Made by a program: the position numbers and the translations under genes. Under the pieces are notes generated by a model. It was not told the DNA's origin, ran no database searches, and saw nothing but the letters and a program-made list of their open reading frames with translations. Below, one piece after another: positions 1 to 11,820 of a DNA stretch of 64,000 nt. Source of the DNA: Bugula neritina. Taxonomy: Eukaryota; Animalia; Bryozoa. Numbering within the stretch: the first letter of the stretch is position 1; the number at the start of each line of letters is the position of its first letter. Location: assembly GCA_964035545.1 (NCBI GenBank), contig OZ037767.1, forward strand, positions 26,490,628 to 26,554,627, given 5' to 3'.

Positions 1-231
1 AGGCTACATTGTTTTGGTGTGATGTTAACCTTCTATCATACCAAAACAATAATACTGATACCTTTGCCTAGAAGCTTGCTTGCTATTAGTAAGCAGTATG
101 ACTGTATTTAAACCAATGTCAGGTGTCCGATGCATTTATTCTGTCTTAGAGTTTGCATAAGTTTTCGGCTTTAATTTTCTCTTTGTTTTTCAGCAAGAAA
201 CTATAGCAATAGCAGTATTATAATTTATAAT

Positions 232-3200
232 ATGTTTTTAGGGAGAATGATGGAGTTAGACTTCTCTTCAGCTACAAGCCTCTTATTGGCTGGAACTGTC
301 ACAGCACTACTATTCATTTATCTGATGAGAAAAACCAGTAACAAATATCCCCCTGGACCTTTTGCTTTTCCTATTATTGGAAATTCTCCTCAGATTCTGC
401 TGTCCGGATCATTGGCTAAATTTATAGAGTCAAACCGTCAACAGTTTGGAAATGTATGTTATTTTCACTAATTTATATTTTCTCAATGCAGTTTCAGAAA
501 CTTAATTTATGCAAGTCTACATTCTGTAACTAAAAGGTGTATAATATGTTCATACATTGATTTTAGTAACCTTTAAGCTATACGACAAACGCCTATTTTT
601 TATCACCCAGGTTCCTGCTCTTTCTTAAAATTCGCAACTAACATCTTGATTACATTAATATACAAAAAAGCATTGTTGAACCCTTGAATATGTAACATTT
701 CCCCCATACAACAAGGTGTTGTTGTAAAATTTAATTACACTGCTGATATTTTGTTAACAGCAAACAACAAAATAGTGTTTAATTTTATATAATTTCAGGT
801 GTTCACTTTTGTATCAGGAGGTAGTAAGCGAGTAGTAGTATCAGGATATGATGCAATCTACAGACTGTTGGTCAAGAATGCAGATCACACTAGTACAAGA
901 TCAACTGCCTCCATGACACAGACTATAAAAATGGCAGCACAAAAAACTCCTGGTAGTATTTCATACACTTGTGTAACTTTTGGTATCACAATTTTATCAT
1001 CCGACTAAAGTCATTCTGAGAATTTTAATTAAGTAAGCTTTAACAAGAGTGTAGCCATTCAAATACATTCTTTACAATCAGCTTAGTAATGATTATTTGA
1101 GTAAAAACTAAGCACACCAGTTTCAAATCATAAGTCTAAACTTTAAAATAATCTTAGAAGCAACTAGTTACTAAAGAATTGTAGGCTTTTAGTTGTAGGC
1201 TGTAGCCAGTATTGAAAACCCTCTGCCATAATATCTTGCAGTGCCGTTATTTGTACAAATGATTTTATTCTCCAGTGTTAGCTCGACGGGAACTGTAAAC
1301 TATGAGGCTTACTGCAAATTGCAAGACGTTTACAACTTACCATTATTGCAACAAAATAGGTGTTTACAGTGCCTACAATTATACTTGTAATAGATTAAGT
1401 GTGTTACGACTATATTTTTGTCAAGTTCTTGTAGCCTGTTCTTCTTTCTTTGCAAACAGTTGTCATAATTTTGCTGCTACTAGTTAAAGAATGATTGATA
1501 CATGAAATAATGAAATTGTGCTTCTATTATCTAATTTTAGGTGTTATTTGGGCTCCATATCCACTTTGGAAGGACTTGAGATCATTTTCCATCAGTTCAA
1601 TGAGAGACGAGGGTATGGGGAAATCTACTTTAGAGCCACAGCTTATAGAAGAACTTGAACTATTCATTGCACATTTTATTGAACCAAACTTGAATAAACC
1701 AATAGACATGACACTTGGACTGAGTCAGGCTACTAATAACATGATCTCTCAAATGATGTTTCGTCGGCGATTTGATTATGAGGATGAGGCTTTCAAAACA
1801 AGAATCGAATCTATCGATGAATCGCTTTCAATTAGTCTTAAAATCTCAATGGTTGAGAATTTGCCATTTGGAAAATATTTTATAAAATCAGCTATTGAGA
1901 GAGATAATTACATATCTTATACTATCCTGTTGCCTGCATTACAACATCTCATTGATGAGCACAAAGATGACCTGGACGAGCATGACCCCAGAGATATTAT
2001 GGATAAATACCTTCTTCAGTCGCAGAAAGAGCGGAATGAAGGGAAAACCAATCATAGCTATTCAGGTGAGACAATAGTAAGAACTTTGAAGTATGTTGAT
2101 TGTGTAGTTTCAATGCAACATCTCTTTACCTTCACCTTCACAATATAACATAATATAGGATAGCATAATAAAATAATAAAATAAAAATATACAATAAAAT
2201 AAAATGTAATGAGTTAAATATAATCAAGTTTTAATTGTTGGATGTTACAGAAGACAATGCTAGAATTCTTGCTATACAAATGTATATTGCTGGAACTGAA
2301 ACCACTGCTACAGCTTTAAGATGGGCTCTCCTGTTTATGTGTCTACATCCAGATGTTAAGAGCAAAGTCCAGAAGGAGATATCTGAACACTTGGGTAATA
2401 AACATAAACATGGCATTAGCACTCTATATTATTCAGTACATATAACTTGAATACCTATCTTTGTGGGTTTGTGATATTGTATATTAGCTATGCTCATAAT
2501 CATTAGTCAAATTATCTTGTATTTTTGGAAGACATTGCAAACTAGAAGTGCTTTGTCAAAATTTCTGCTGATAGTTTTGTCAGTTGCCAACATCAAAACT
2601 GAAGATGAAATTGCCATATTAAAATTAACTATGCAATCTATTATCTGTCAATTAAGAACTTATAGATTGAAAGAATTTGTACAACTTCTGACAACTCATA
2701 GTTCCCTTGTTTCTAGGAAACCGTACTGTATCTTGTAAAGATCGAGTCAGTATGCCATATACTGATGCTGTGCTCCTTGAGACGTTGAGGAAGGCTTCTG
2801 TTGCTGGTGTTGGGTTGCCACATACTCTTGAGAAGGAAATGGTTATAGATGGTGTGGTGAGTATATTTACACAGCAAACTAATGTTATGCTGAGATAAGA
2901 AAAGTTAGAATAGAAACACATCTGCTATATAATATATGAGATCATTTTTTCTGGTGATTTTCGAAACTTCTGTTTTTTGTTTTAGACAATCCCAGCAGGC
3001 GCAGATCTAATGATCAATTTAGACTCAGTACTTTTTGATGAAGACGTATTTGAAGATCCACGGTCTTTCAAACCTGAGAGATTTTTAACAGGGGATATAA
3101 CATTGAAAAAACAGAGGACTATTCCATTTGGTATTGGTGAGTATTTACTGCTGATTCATAATTGTCCTAGAATCCGTATTTACAAAAATAGTTTCATTTT

Positions 3201-3632
3201 TTGTAGCTTGCTTTTGCCAATTTTCTCTTTTAGCAAATTTTTCAGAAAATAGGCTTATAATTGTAAAATATTTAAATTTCATCATAAATTACACAATTAA
3301 CAGTACAGCAAGTCTTAGTATGGTATAGCGTAGTTTCACTGCACTACTATAAGTTCAACCAGGAACTGTATTTGCTTCATCATATGATTTTTAGTTAAAA
3401 CAACATAATTGTTGTTAATTTTTAGAATAATAGCATTATACTTGTTGTAGGTCGAAGGGCTTGTCTAGGAGAAGGCTTGGCTAAAATGGAATTCTTTTTA
3501 TTCTTTGTTACTTTTCTACAAAGATATGATATGAAAATTCCTGAAGGACTTACTGTTACAGATGAACCTAAGAAATATTCATTTATAGTAAATACTCCCA
3601 ATCCATATGAAATTATCTTCTCACGCAGATGA
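232..3632 (+). CDS. Cytochrome P450, clan 2 (CYP2-like), copy 1; 7 exons: 232-453, 799-952, 1541-2065, 2251-2394, 2717-2856, 2986-3136, 3451-3632 (505 aa)
   Basis: All introns are GT-AG and the frame is continuous (1518 nt). N-terminal membrane anchor plus PPGP hinge, WKDLR (C-helix), AGTETT (I-helix), ETLR (ExxR), KPERF, and heme motif FGIG|RRACLGE split by intron 6. Confidence 0.95.
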
Positions 3633-4549
3633 AGTTGTCGGAGAGAGGGCAGATAATTACTAATATTTTAGAATAGTTTTGTTTTATTTTCTAATTCATT
3701 TCATTAACAATAACACAATGATTTTAACAAGTTGTAAACCTAAAAATCAATCTCAAAACTATTAATATCTTTTATTCTTCATGTTGGTAGATTGAAACTA
3801 ACTGCTCTCGTATAAACAATTTTTTTGTAAAATTTTCAGTACATTATGTTTTTTATAAAATGTAAATTAATAATATTCAGTTAGCCAATAGTGTCTGCAA
3901 AAGCTGAACTATTTTTTTATTTTCTGTAAACATTTACAAGTTTTCTTGAAGTGATGAAACCCTTAAAATCTTAAACTTACATTTATACACTTACTCCATT
4001 ATATTTAAAATGAACAAATTGATACATGTCAATAAATTATTTTATAACGTCTTAAGCAACTTCACGTAAACAAATATGATTACAGACTATAAATGATATA
4101 TATTGAGAAAATTGCTTCAAGTTTGAGAAAGACTTTTAGAATTAGTGAGCAGTTTTTTTGTAAAAGGGTATGAAAACTCCCATAATGTACAGTTCTTTGA
4201 ATTTATTTTAAAATGTTATTATAATATCAAATGTTGAGTAAATTTTATTAGTTGTATTACTGTCACTTACATTGGACCATTAATGAATAGTGAGAAAAAT
4301 TAAGGTGGGAAAGTATGCGAGATTTTGTAATACTTGAATGTTTCATACTAATGTCTTAATAAGTTTTGGGAAGATTGTTACTCATATTTTCTAAAATGAA
4401 GTACAACAATGCATACAGCAACATCAGTCATTGATAATAATATGCTGATCTCTTTCTTTTGGTATTTGTTGCTTTGCCCAATCACCCAATCAACTGTCAA
4501 CCATGACTTTGATTAATTGGAAATCATTAAATTTACAAATTAATATACA

Positions 4550-4875
4550 AATTTAAACCAACAAAGGTTTTCAACTATTTAGAATTCACTTGTTTAAACA
4601 GTTTACTGTGATATACTTTGAATTCCTGAGGTGTAAATTTCGCCTTCAGCAGTGGAAGCAGGATGCGGATAATTATGACCAATTCAAAAAATGAAACTAT
4701 GAAACTGGTAAAAATGATTGAAAACACATTTACTATGGGTAATCAAGTGCAAACATCTAAAGTTACACACATGCACACATCGACAAGAATTAAAAGTTTA
4801 AACAAATGTGAATTTCCCATTTCCATTTGCCTTTGTACACAGTATTGGTTTTCTTCTGTATTTGCTGTATTGCAA
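4550..4875 (-). pseudogene. Degenerate relic of exons of the neighbouring coiled-coil gene (homologous to about 17920-18050 and 18215-18330)
   Basis: 4605 actgtgatatactttgaattcctgaggtgtaaatttcgccttcagcagtgg matches 17976 gcttcgatatactttgaatttctgaagtgtaagtttcgccttcaacagtgg. 4818 catttccatttgcctttgtacacag...ttcttctgtatttgctgtatt matches about 18275-18329. Confidence 0.8.
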
Positions 4876-4925
4876 GAAAACTGAAGCTAAACTTGTCAGA
4901 CTCCAACTAACTGCAAGTTTCCTAC

Positions 4926-4967
4926 TATATAAGCTCAACTGTTGGTCTCACAACAGCTAGGGTAAGT
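4926..4967 (+). promoter_or_regulatory. Candidate TATA box plus 5'-UTR splice donor upstream of CYP copy 2 (paralog at 11016-11057)
   Basis: TATATAAG at 4926 and AGG|GTAAGT at 4962, identical in both spacers. A second donor CAG|GTAAGT lies at 5757 and 11466. An acceptor (ttcctatag) lies just upstream of the ATG. Confidence 0.35.
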
Positions 4968-6114
4968 AACTAATATGATGTATTTATTGTGATGGAAGGG
5001 TATGCATTCATTGTGACATAATCTTTCACAAAGCAAAAGCTGAAAGCCCATTGCTAGTATTTATTCAGTCATTGATACTCATAATGTAGTTAAAGAATTC
5101 CTGACACACTTTACTTATATAGCATGAAAATATTCATCTATGTCTTAGCTATTATTTTAACACTCTTTTAGGGTTTCAGGTCTAAACAATTTTGTTTTAT
5201 AACAATTTTAGTGCATGCATGTCCAAAAAACTTCCAGAATTTTTTTCGCCTTTCTGTGACGTATTACACCGCAGTTGCGAGAAATAGATGGAAATGCCGC
5301 CTGTAAGACATTCGGAAAATAAATATAGGCTATATTTTCCGTTGCATGTAACCTTACTTTTAGCATTTTTAATTTATCGGACGTCTGTCTAGCCCCCCAA
5401 TTAGTGTTTTTTTGTGGAATTTAGGTTTTATTTCATAAACAAATTTCGCGGCAATAAATACATAGCTACAGGTGACAGATTGCAAGCGTGATGCAAATTG
5501 AATGATTGATTACACTGCAATTTCAGTCCTAGCTTGCATCACCATTGCAGTACTCATTGGAAATGCATACGAAACAGTTTAACTAGGCGACAGTATATAA
5601 TAGCATTCTAGTTACACTCTCTTACCATTATAATCTGTGACAGATATCACGCTTGTGTAAGGTGCTAGTACAGAGTATTACAGTATATCAACTGTCTGCA
5701 TGATCGCTACTAGTTGAAAACTTGCTAGCTATTGAGTGGTTACCTTATAAGTACAGGTAAGTCGGCGTTCTCCATTCTTTACCAGGTTATAAAGATACAC
5801 CAGGGTTACACATAATCAGGCATTTAGTAGAGATATTAGCAGATATATAGTAGCAGGCAGTAGCTATTTAGACCTCATTAGTGTCACAGGCTAAGGCATT
5901 GTTGTTCACACAATAGCAACAAATTATGTATTTTTAAACCATACTAATACTTAGCTAGTGTGCTAATCTAAAACCAGGATTTTGGTAGCAAACCTTGCAT
6001 TATACAACTTTATTCTCAATTCGAATTCATTATATTTAGTTTTTTTACCCTTGTACTATCTGGAAAGAATTGGTGCTGTTTTTCCTATAGCGTTAACAGT
6101 AGGTATTATATTTG

Positions 6115-9100
6115 ATGTTTTTAGGGAGAATGATGGAGTTGGACTTCTCTTCAGTTACAAGCCTCTCATTGGCTGGAACTGTCACAGCGCTACTATTCAT
6201 TTATCTAATGAGAAAAACCAGTAACAAATATCCTCCTGGACCTTTTGCTTTTCCTATTATCGGAAATTCTCCTCAGATATTGCTGTCTGGATCATTGGCT
6301 AAATTTGTAGAGTCAAACCATCAAAAGTTTGGAAATGTATGTTTTTTTAACTTATTTTCAATAGTTTATATTTTCTAAATGTAGTTTTAGAAACTTATTT
6401 GATTAAATCTGCAATCTATAGCCAATAAGCATCATATGTGTTCAACATTGATTTTGGCAACCTTCAAGCTGCATGTATAGCAAACATTTATTTTAATTTT
6501 ATTTCATTATCAAGGAACCAGTGTACAGAACCTACAAAACCCTCATTTTTTGCGATTCTACAAACTGATTAAATCAATGTACAAAATAACAAAAGAATGG
6601 CCGATATTCCATTCTTATTCAATAACGTGGTGTTGCTGTACACAATGGTTTCGCTGCTGAGTTTTTTTTTAGCAACAAACAACAAAATAGTGTTTAATTT
6701 TATATAATTTCAGGTGTTCACTTTTGTATCAGGAGGTAGTAAGCGAGTAGTAGTATCAGGATATGATGCAATCTACAGACTGTTGATCAAGAATGCAGAT
6801 CACACTAGTACAAGATCAACTGCCTCCATGACACCAACTATAAAAATGGCAACGCAGAAAACTCCTGGTAATACTTTATACAATTACATGTGTATGACTT
6901 TTAGTATCACAATTTTACATCATCCAAACAAGAGCAGTTGTGAGAGCTTTAAACTAAGTGGAACTTTAATAAAAAGTTAAGTAAATACATACCTATGTTA
7001 CTCTCAGCTTATAATGTTTATTTGAGTAAAATTAAATTCCTAGGTTATAAAGTTATTTAACATGCATCAGTTTCATGATCAAATCATAGGTCCTAAACAG
7101 TGTTAGAAGTAACTAGAGAATTGTAGGCTTTTAATATAGAAACCCTCAGTCATAACAGCACGGCAACAATAATATGCTATTTTTCAATCATTTAAAGTAA
7201 TAGATCATTGTCTATGAGTTGTAAAGATGTTTGGTTTGTAATTTAATTAAACCATTTTGCCTGGCAAAGAAATTTGTTTGATCAAATATCATGAGAAAGC
7301 TATATGTATGTAAAAAGAGTGACCATACTCCAAACTTTTTACCAAAACAAAGACTTTGTACAAACTTGCATCTCATAAACCAGAGGGACCGATATGTGTC
7401 ATAGTTTAGCAGCTCCTAGCTTTATACTGATTGAAACATAAAATAACTAAACTCTGTTTCCATCCCATGACTACAATATGTTATTAACTGCTTTAATTTT
7501 AGGTGTTTTTTGGGCTCCATATCCACTTTGGAAGGACTTGAGATCATTTTCCATCAGTTCAATGAGAGACGAGGGTATGGGGAAATCTACTTTAGAGCCA
7601 CAGCTTATAGAAGAACTTGAACTATTCATTGCACATTTTATTGAACCAAACTTAAATAAACCAATAGAAATGACACTTGGACTGAGCCAGGCTACTAATA
7701 ACATGATCTCTCAAATGATGTTTCGTCGGCGATTTGATTATGAGGATGAGGCTTTCAAAACAAGAATCGAATTTATCAATGAATCAATTTCAACTGGTCT
7801 TAAAATCTCAATGATAGGAAATTTGCCATTTGGAAAATATTTTATAAAATCAGCTATTGAGAGAGATGATTACATATCTTATACTATCCTGTTGCCTGCA
7901 TTACAACATCTCATTGATGAGCACAAAGATGATTTGGACGAGTACAACCCGAGAGACATTATGGATAAATACCTTCTTCAGTCACAGAAAGAGCAGAATG
8001 AAGGGAAAACCAATCATAGCTTTTCAGGTGAAAATAAATATTCAAAATTTTGAAGCTTTTTAATCTTTTAGATTGAGTTTCAATGTAATCTCTTTGCCAC
8101 CTTTATATTAAATTATATATCATAATATAATATAACATAGCATAACATAATAACATATAACATATTACAATATAATAAAATATAATATAATTACATGTAT
8201 AATCAAGTTTTAATTGTTGGATGTTACAGAAGAGAATGCTAGAATTCTTTCTTTGCAAATGTATATTGCTGGAACTGAAACCACTGCTACAGCTTTAAGA
8301 TGGGCTCTCCTGTTTATGTGTCTACATCCAGATGTTAAGAGCAAAGTCCAGAAGGAGATATCTGAACACTTGGGTAATAAACATAAACATGGTATTAGCA
8401 CTCTATATTATTCAATACATATATAATTGTTCAATACCCTGTGTGCTTGTGATATTGTATATTAGCTATTAGACTCATAATCCTTTAACTATCCTGTATT
8501 TTATGAAAGACATTATTATACTGAATGTGCTTTGTCAAAATTTCAGCTGACAATTTTGTCAGCTGCCAGTATCAAAGTAATTACAGATGAGATTCCCGAT
8601 TTATTATCTGCCAACTAAAAACTTATATAATATATTGAAAGAATTTACACAACTTCTGGAAACTCGGCATGTAATCTTCACTTGCAGTTTCCTTGTTTCT
8701 AGGAAGCCGTACTGTATCTTGTAAAGATCGTGTCAGTATGCCATATACTGATGCTGTGCTCCTTGAGACGTTGAGGAAGGCTTCTGTTGCTGGTGCTGGG
8801 TTGCCACATACTCTTGAGAAGGAAATGGTTATAGATGGTGTGGTGAGTATGTTTACACAGCAAACTAATGTTATGCTAAGATAAGAAAAGTTAGAATAGA
8901 AACACATCTGCTATATAATATATGAGATCATTTTTCTGGTGATTTTCGAAACTTCTGTTTGTTGCTTTAGGCAATCCCAGCAGGCGCAGATCTAATGATC
9001 AATTTAGACTCAGTACTTTTTGATGAAGACGTATTTGAAGATCCACGGTCTTTCAAACCTGAGAGATTTTTGACAGGGGACATCACATTGAAAAAGCAGA

Positions 9101-9633
9101 GAACTATTCCATTTGGTATTGGTGAGTACTTACTGCTGATTAATAATTGTCCTAGAATCCGTATTTACAAAAATAGTTTCATTTTTTGTAGCTTGCTTTT
9201 GCCAATTTTCTCTTTTAACAAATTTTTCAAAAAATAGGTTATAATTTTAAAATGTTTAAATTTTATCATAAATTACACAATCAACAGTGCAGGCTCTACG
9301 CTGTACAGCAAGTCTTAGTATGGTATAGCGTAGTTTCACTGCACTACTATAAGTTCAACTATGAACTCTATTTGCTTCATCATATGATTTTTAGTTAAAC
9401 TAACATAATTGTTATTATGTTTTAGCAGTAAAAGAATTATACTTGTTGTAGGTCGAAGGGCTTGTCTAGGAGAAGGCTTGGCTAAAATGGAATTCTTTTT
9501 ATTCTTTGTTACTTTTCTACAAAGATATGATATGAAAATTCCTGAAGGACTTACTGTTACAGATGAACCTAAGAAATATTCATTTATAGTAAATACTCCT
9601 AATCCATATGAAATTATCTTCTCACGCAGATAA
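6115..9633 (+). CDS. Cytochrome P450, clan 2, copy 2; exons 6115-6336, 6714-6867, 7503-8027, 8230-8373, 8703-8842, 8971-9121, 9452-9633
   Basis: Same exon lengths, intron phases and P450 motifs as copy 1. No frameshift or premature stop seen. Confidence 0.95.
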
Positions 9634-10539
9634 AGTTATCAGAGAGAGGGCAGATAATTACTAACATTTTAGAATAGTTTTGTTTTATTTTCTAATTTAT
9701 TTCATTAACAATAACACGATGATTTTAACAAGTTGTAAGCATAAAAATCAATCTCACAACTATTAATATCTTTTATTGTTCATGTTGGTAGATTAAAACT
9801 AACTGCTCTCATATAAACAATTTTTGTGAAATTTTCAGTGCATTATGTTTTTTCTAAAATGTAAATTAATAATATTCAGTTAGCTAATGGTATCTGCAAA
9901 AGCTGAACTGTTTTTCTTATTTTCCTTAAACATTTACAAGCTTTCTTGGGGTAATGAAACCCTTAAAATCTTAAACCTACATTTATACATTTACTCATTA
10001 TGTTTAAAATGAACAAATTGATACATGTCAATAAATTATTTTATAACATCTTAAACAACTTCACATAAACAAATTTGATTACAGACTATAAATAATATAT
10101 TTTGGGAAAATTGCTTCAAGCTTGAGAAAGAATTTTAGATTTTTTCGTAAAATAGTATGAAAACTCCCATAATGCGCAGTTCTTTGAATTTATTTTAAAA
10201 TGTTATTATAATATCAAATGTTGAATAAATTTTATTAGTTGTATTACTGTCACTCACATTGGACCATTAATGAATAGTGAGAAAAATTAAGGTGGGAAAA
10301 TAATGTGAGATTTTACAATACTTAAATGTTTCTACAAATTATGCCTTAATAAGTTATATAAAGATTGTTACTCATATTTTCTAAAGTGAAATACAACAAT
10401 GTATACAGCAACATCAGTCATTGATAATAATATGCTGATCTCTTTCTTTTGGTATTTGTTGTTTTGCCCAATCACCCAATCAACTGTCAACCACAACCTT
10501 GATTAATTGGAAATCATTAAATTTAGAAATTAATATACA

Positions 10540-10734
10540 AATTTAAACCAACAAAAGTTTTCAACTATTTAGAATTCACTATTTTTAAACAGTTTACTGT
10601 GATATACTTTGAATTCCTGAGGTGTAAATTTAGCCTTTAGCAGTGGAAGCAGGATGCAAAAAATGAAACTATGAAACTGGTAAAAATGATTGAAAACACA
10701 TTTACCATAGGTAATTAAGTGCAAACATCTAAAG

Positions 10735-10799
<65 letters not shown>

Positions 10800-10965
10800 C
10801 ACGCACACACACGCACACACACGCACACACACGCACACACACGCACACACACGCACACACACGCACACACCGACAAGAATTAAAAGTTTAAACAGATGTG
10901 AATTTCCCATTTCCACTTGCCTTTGTACACAGTATCAGTTTTCTTCTGCATTTGCTGTATTGCAA
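10540..10965 (-). pseudogene. Second degenerate relic of the neighbouring coiled-coil gene, interrupted by a microsatellite
   Basis: Paralogous to 4550-4875 and to 17920-18330. Confidence 0.75.
10737..10870. repeat. Compound microsatellite (AC)n + (ACGCACACAC)x8
   Basis: Directly visible in the sequence. Confidence 0.97.
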
Positions 10966-11820
10966 GCAAACTGAAGCTAAACTTGTCAGACCCCAACTAA
11001 CTGCAAGTTTCCTACTATATAAGCTCAACTGTTGGTCTCACAACAGCTAGGGTAAGTAACTAATATTATGATTTCTTTATTGTGATGGAAGAGTATGCAT
11101 TCATTGTGACTAAATCTTTCACAAAGCAAAAGCTGAAAGCCCATTGCTAGTATTTATTCAGTCATTGGTAATCACAATGTAGTTATTATACAGGTGACAG
11201 ACTGCAAGCGTGATGCAAATTGAATGATTGATTTACACTGCAAGTTCAGTGCTAGCTTGCATCACCATTGCAGTACTCATTGGAAATGCATACACAACAG
11301 TTTAACCAGGTGACAGTATATAATAGCATTCTAGTTACACTCTCTTATCATTATAATCTGCTTGTGTAAGCTGCAAGCACAGGGTATTACAATATATCAA
11401 CTGTCGGCATGATTGCTACTAGTTTAAAACTTGCAAGCTATTGAGTGGTTACCTTATAAGTACAGGTAAGTCGGCGTTCTCCATTCTTTACCAGGTTATT
11501 AAGATACACCAGGGTTACACATAATCGGGCATTTAGTAGAGATATTAGCAGATATATAGTAGCAGGCAGTAGCTATTTAGACCTCATTAGTGTCACAGGC
11601 TAAGGCACTGTTGTTCACACAATAGCAACAAATTATGTATTTTTAAACCATACTAATACTTAGCTAGTGTGCTAATCTAAAACCAGGATTTTGGTAGCAA
11701 ACCTTGCACTATACAACTTTATTCTCAATTCGAATTCATTATATTTAGTTTTACCCTTGTACTATCTTGAAAGAATTGGTGCTGTTTTTCCTATAGCGTT
11801 AACAGTAGGTATTATATTTG

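Noticed and set aside
10569-10916. 115-aa Cys/Val-rich ORF
   Set aside because: It is the translation of the (GT)n microsatellite.
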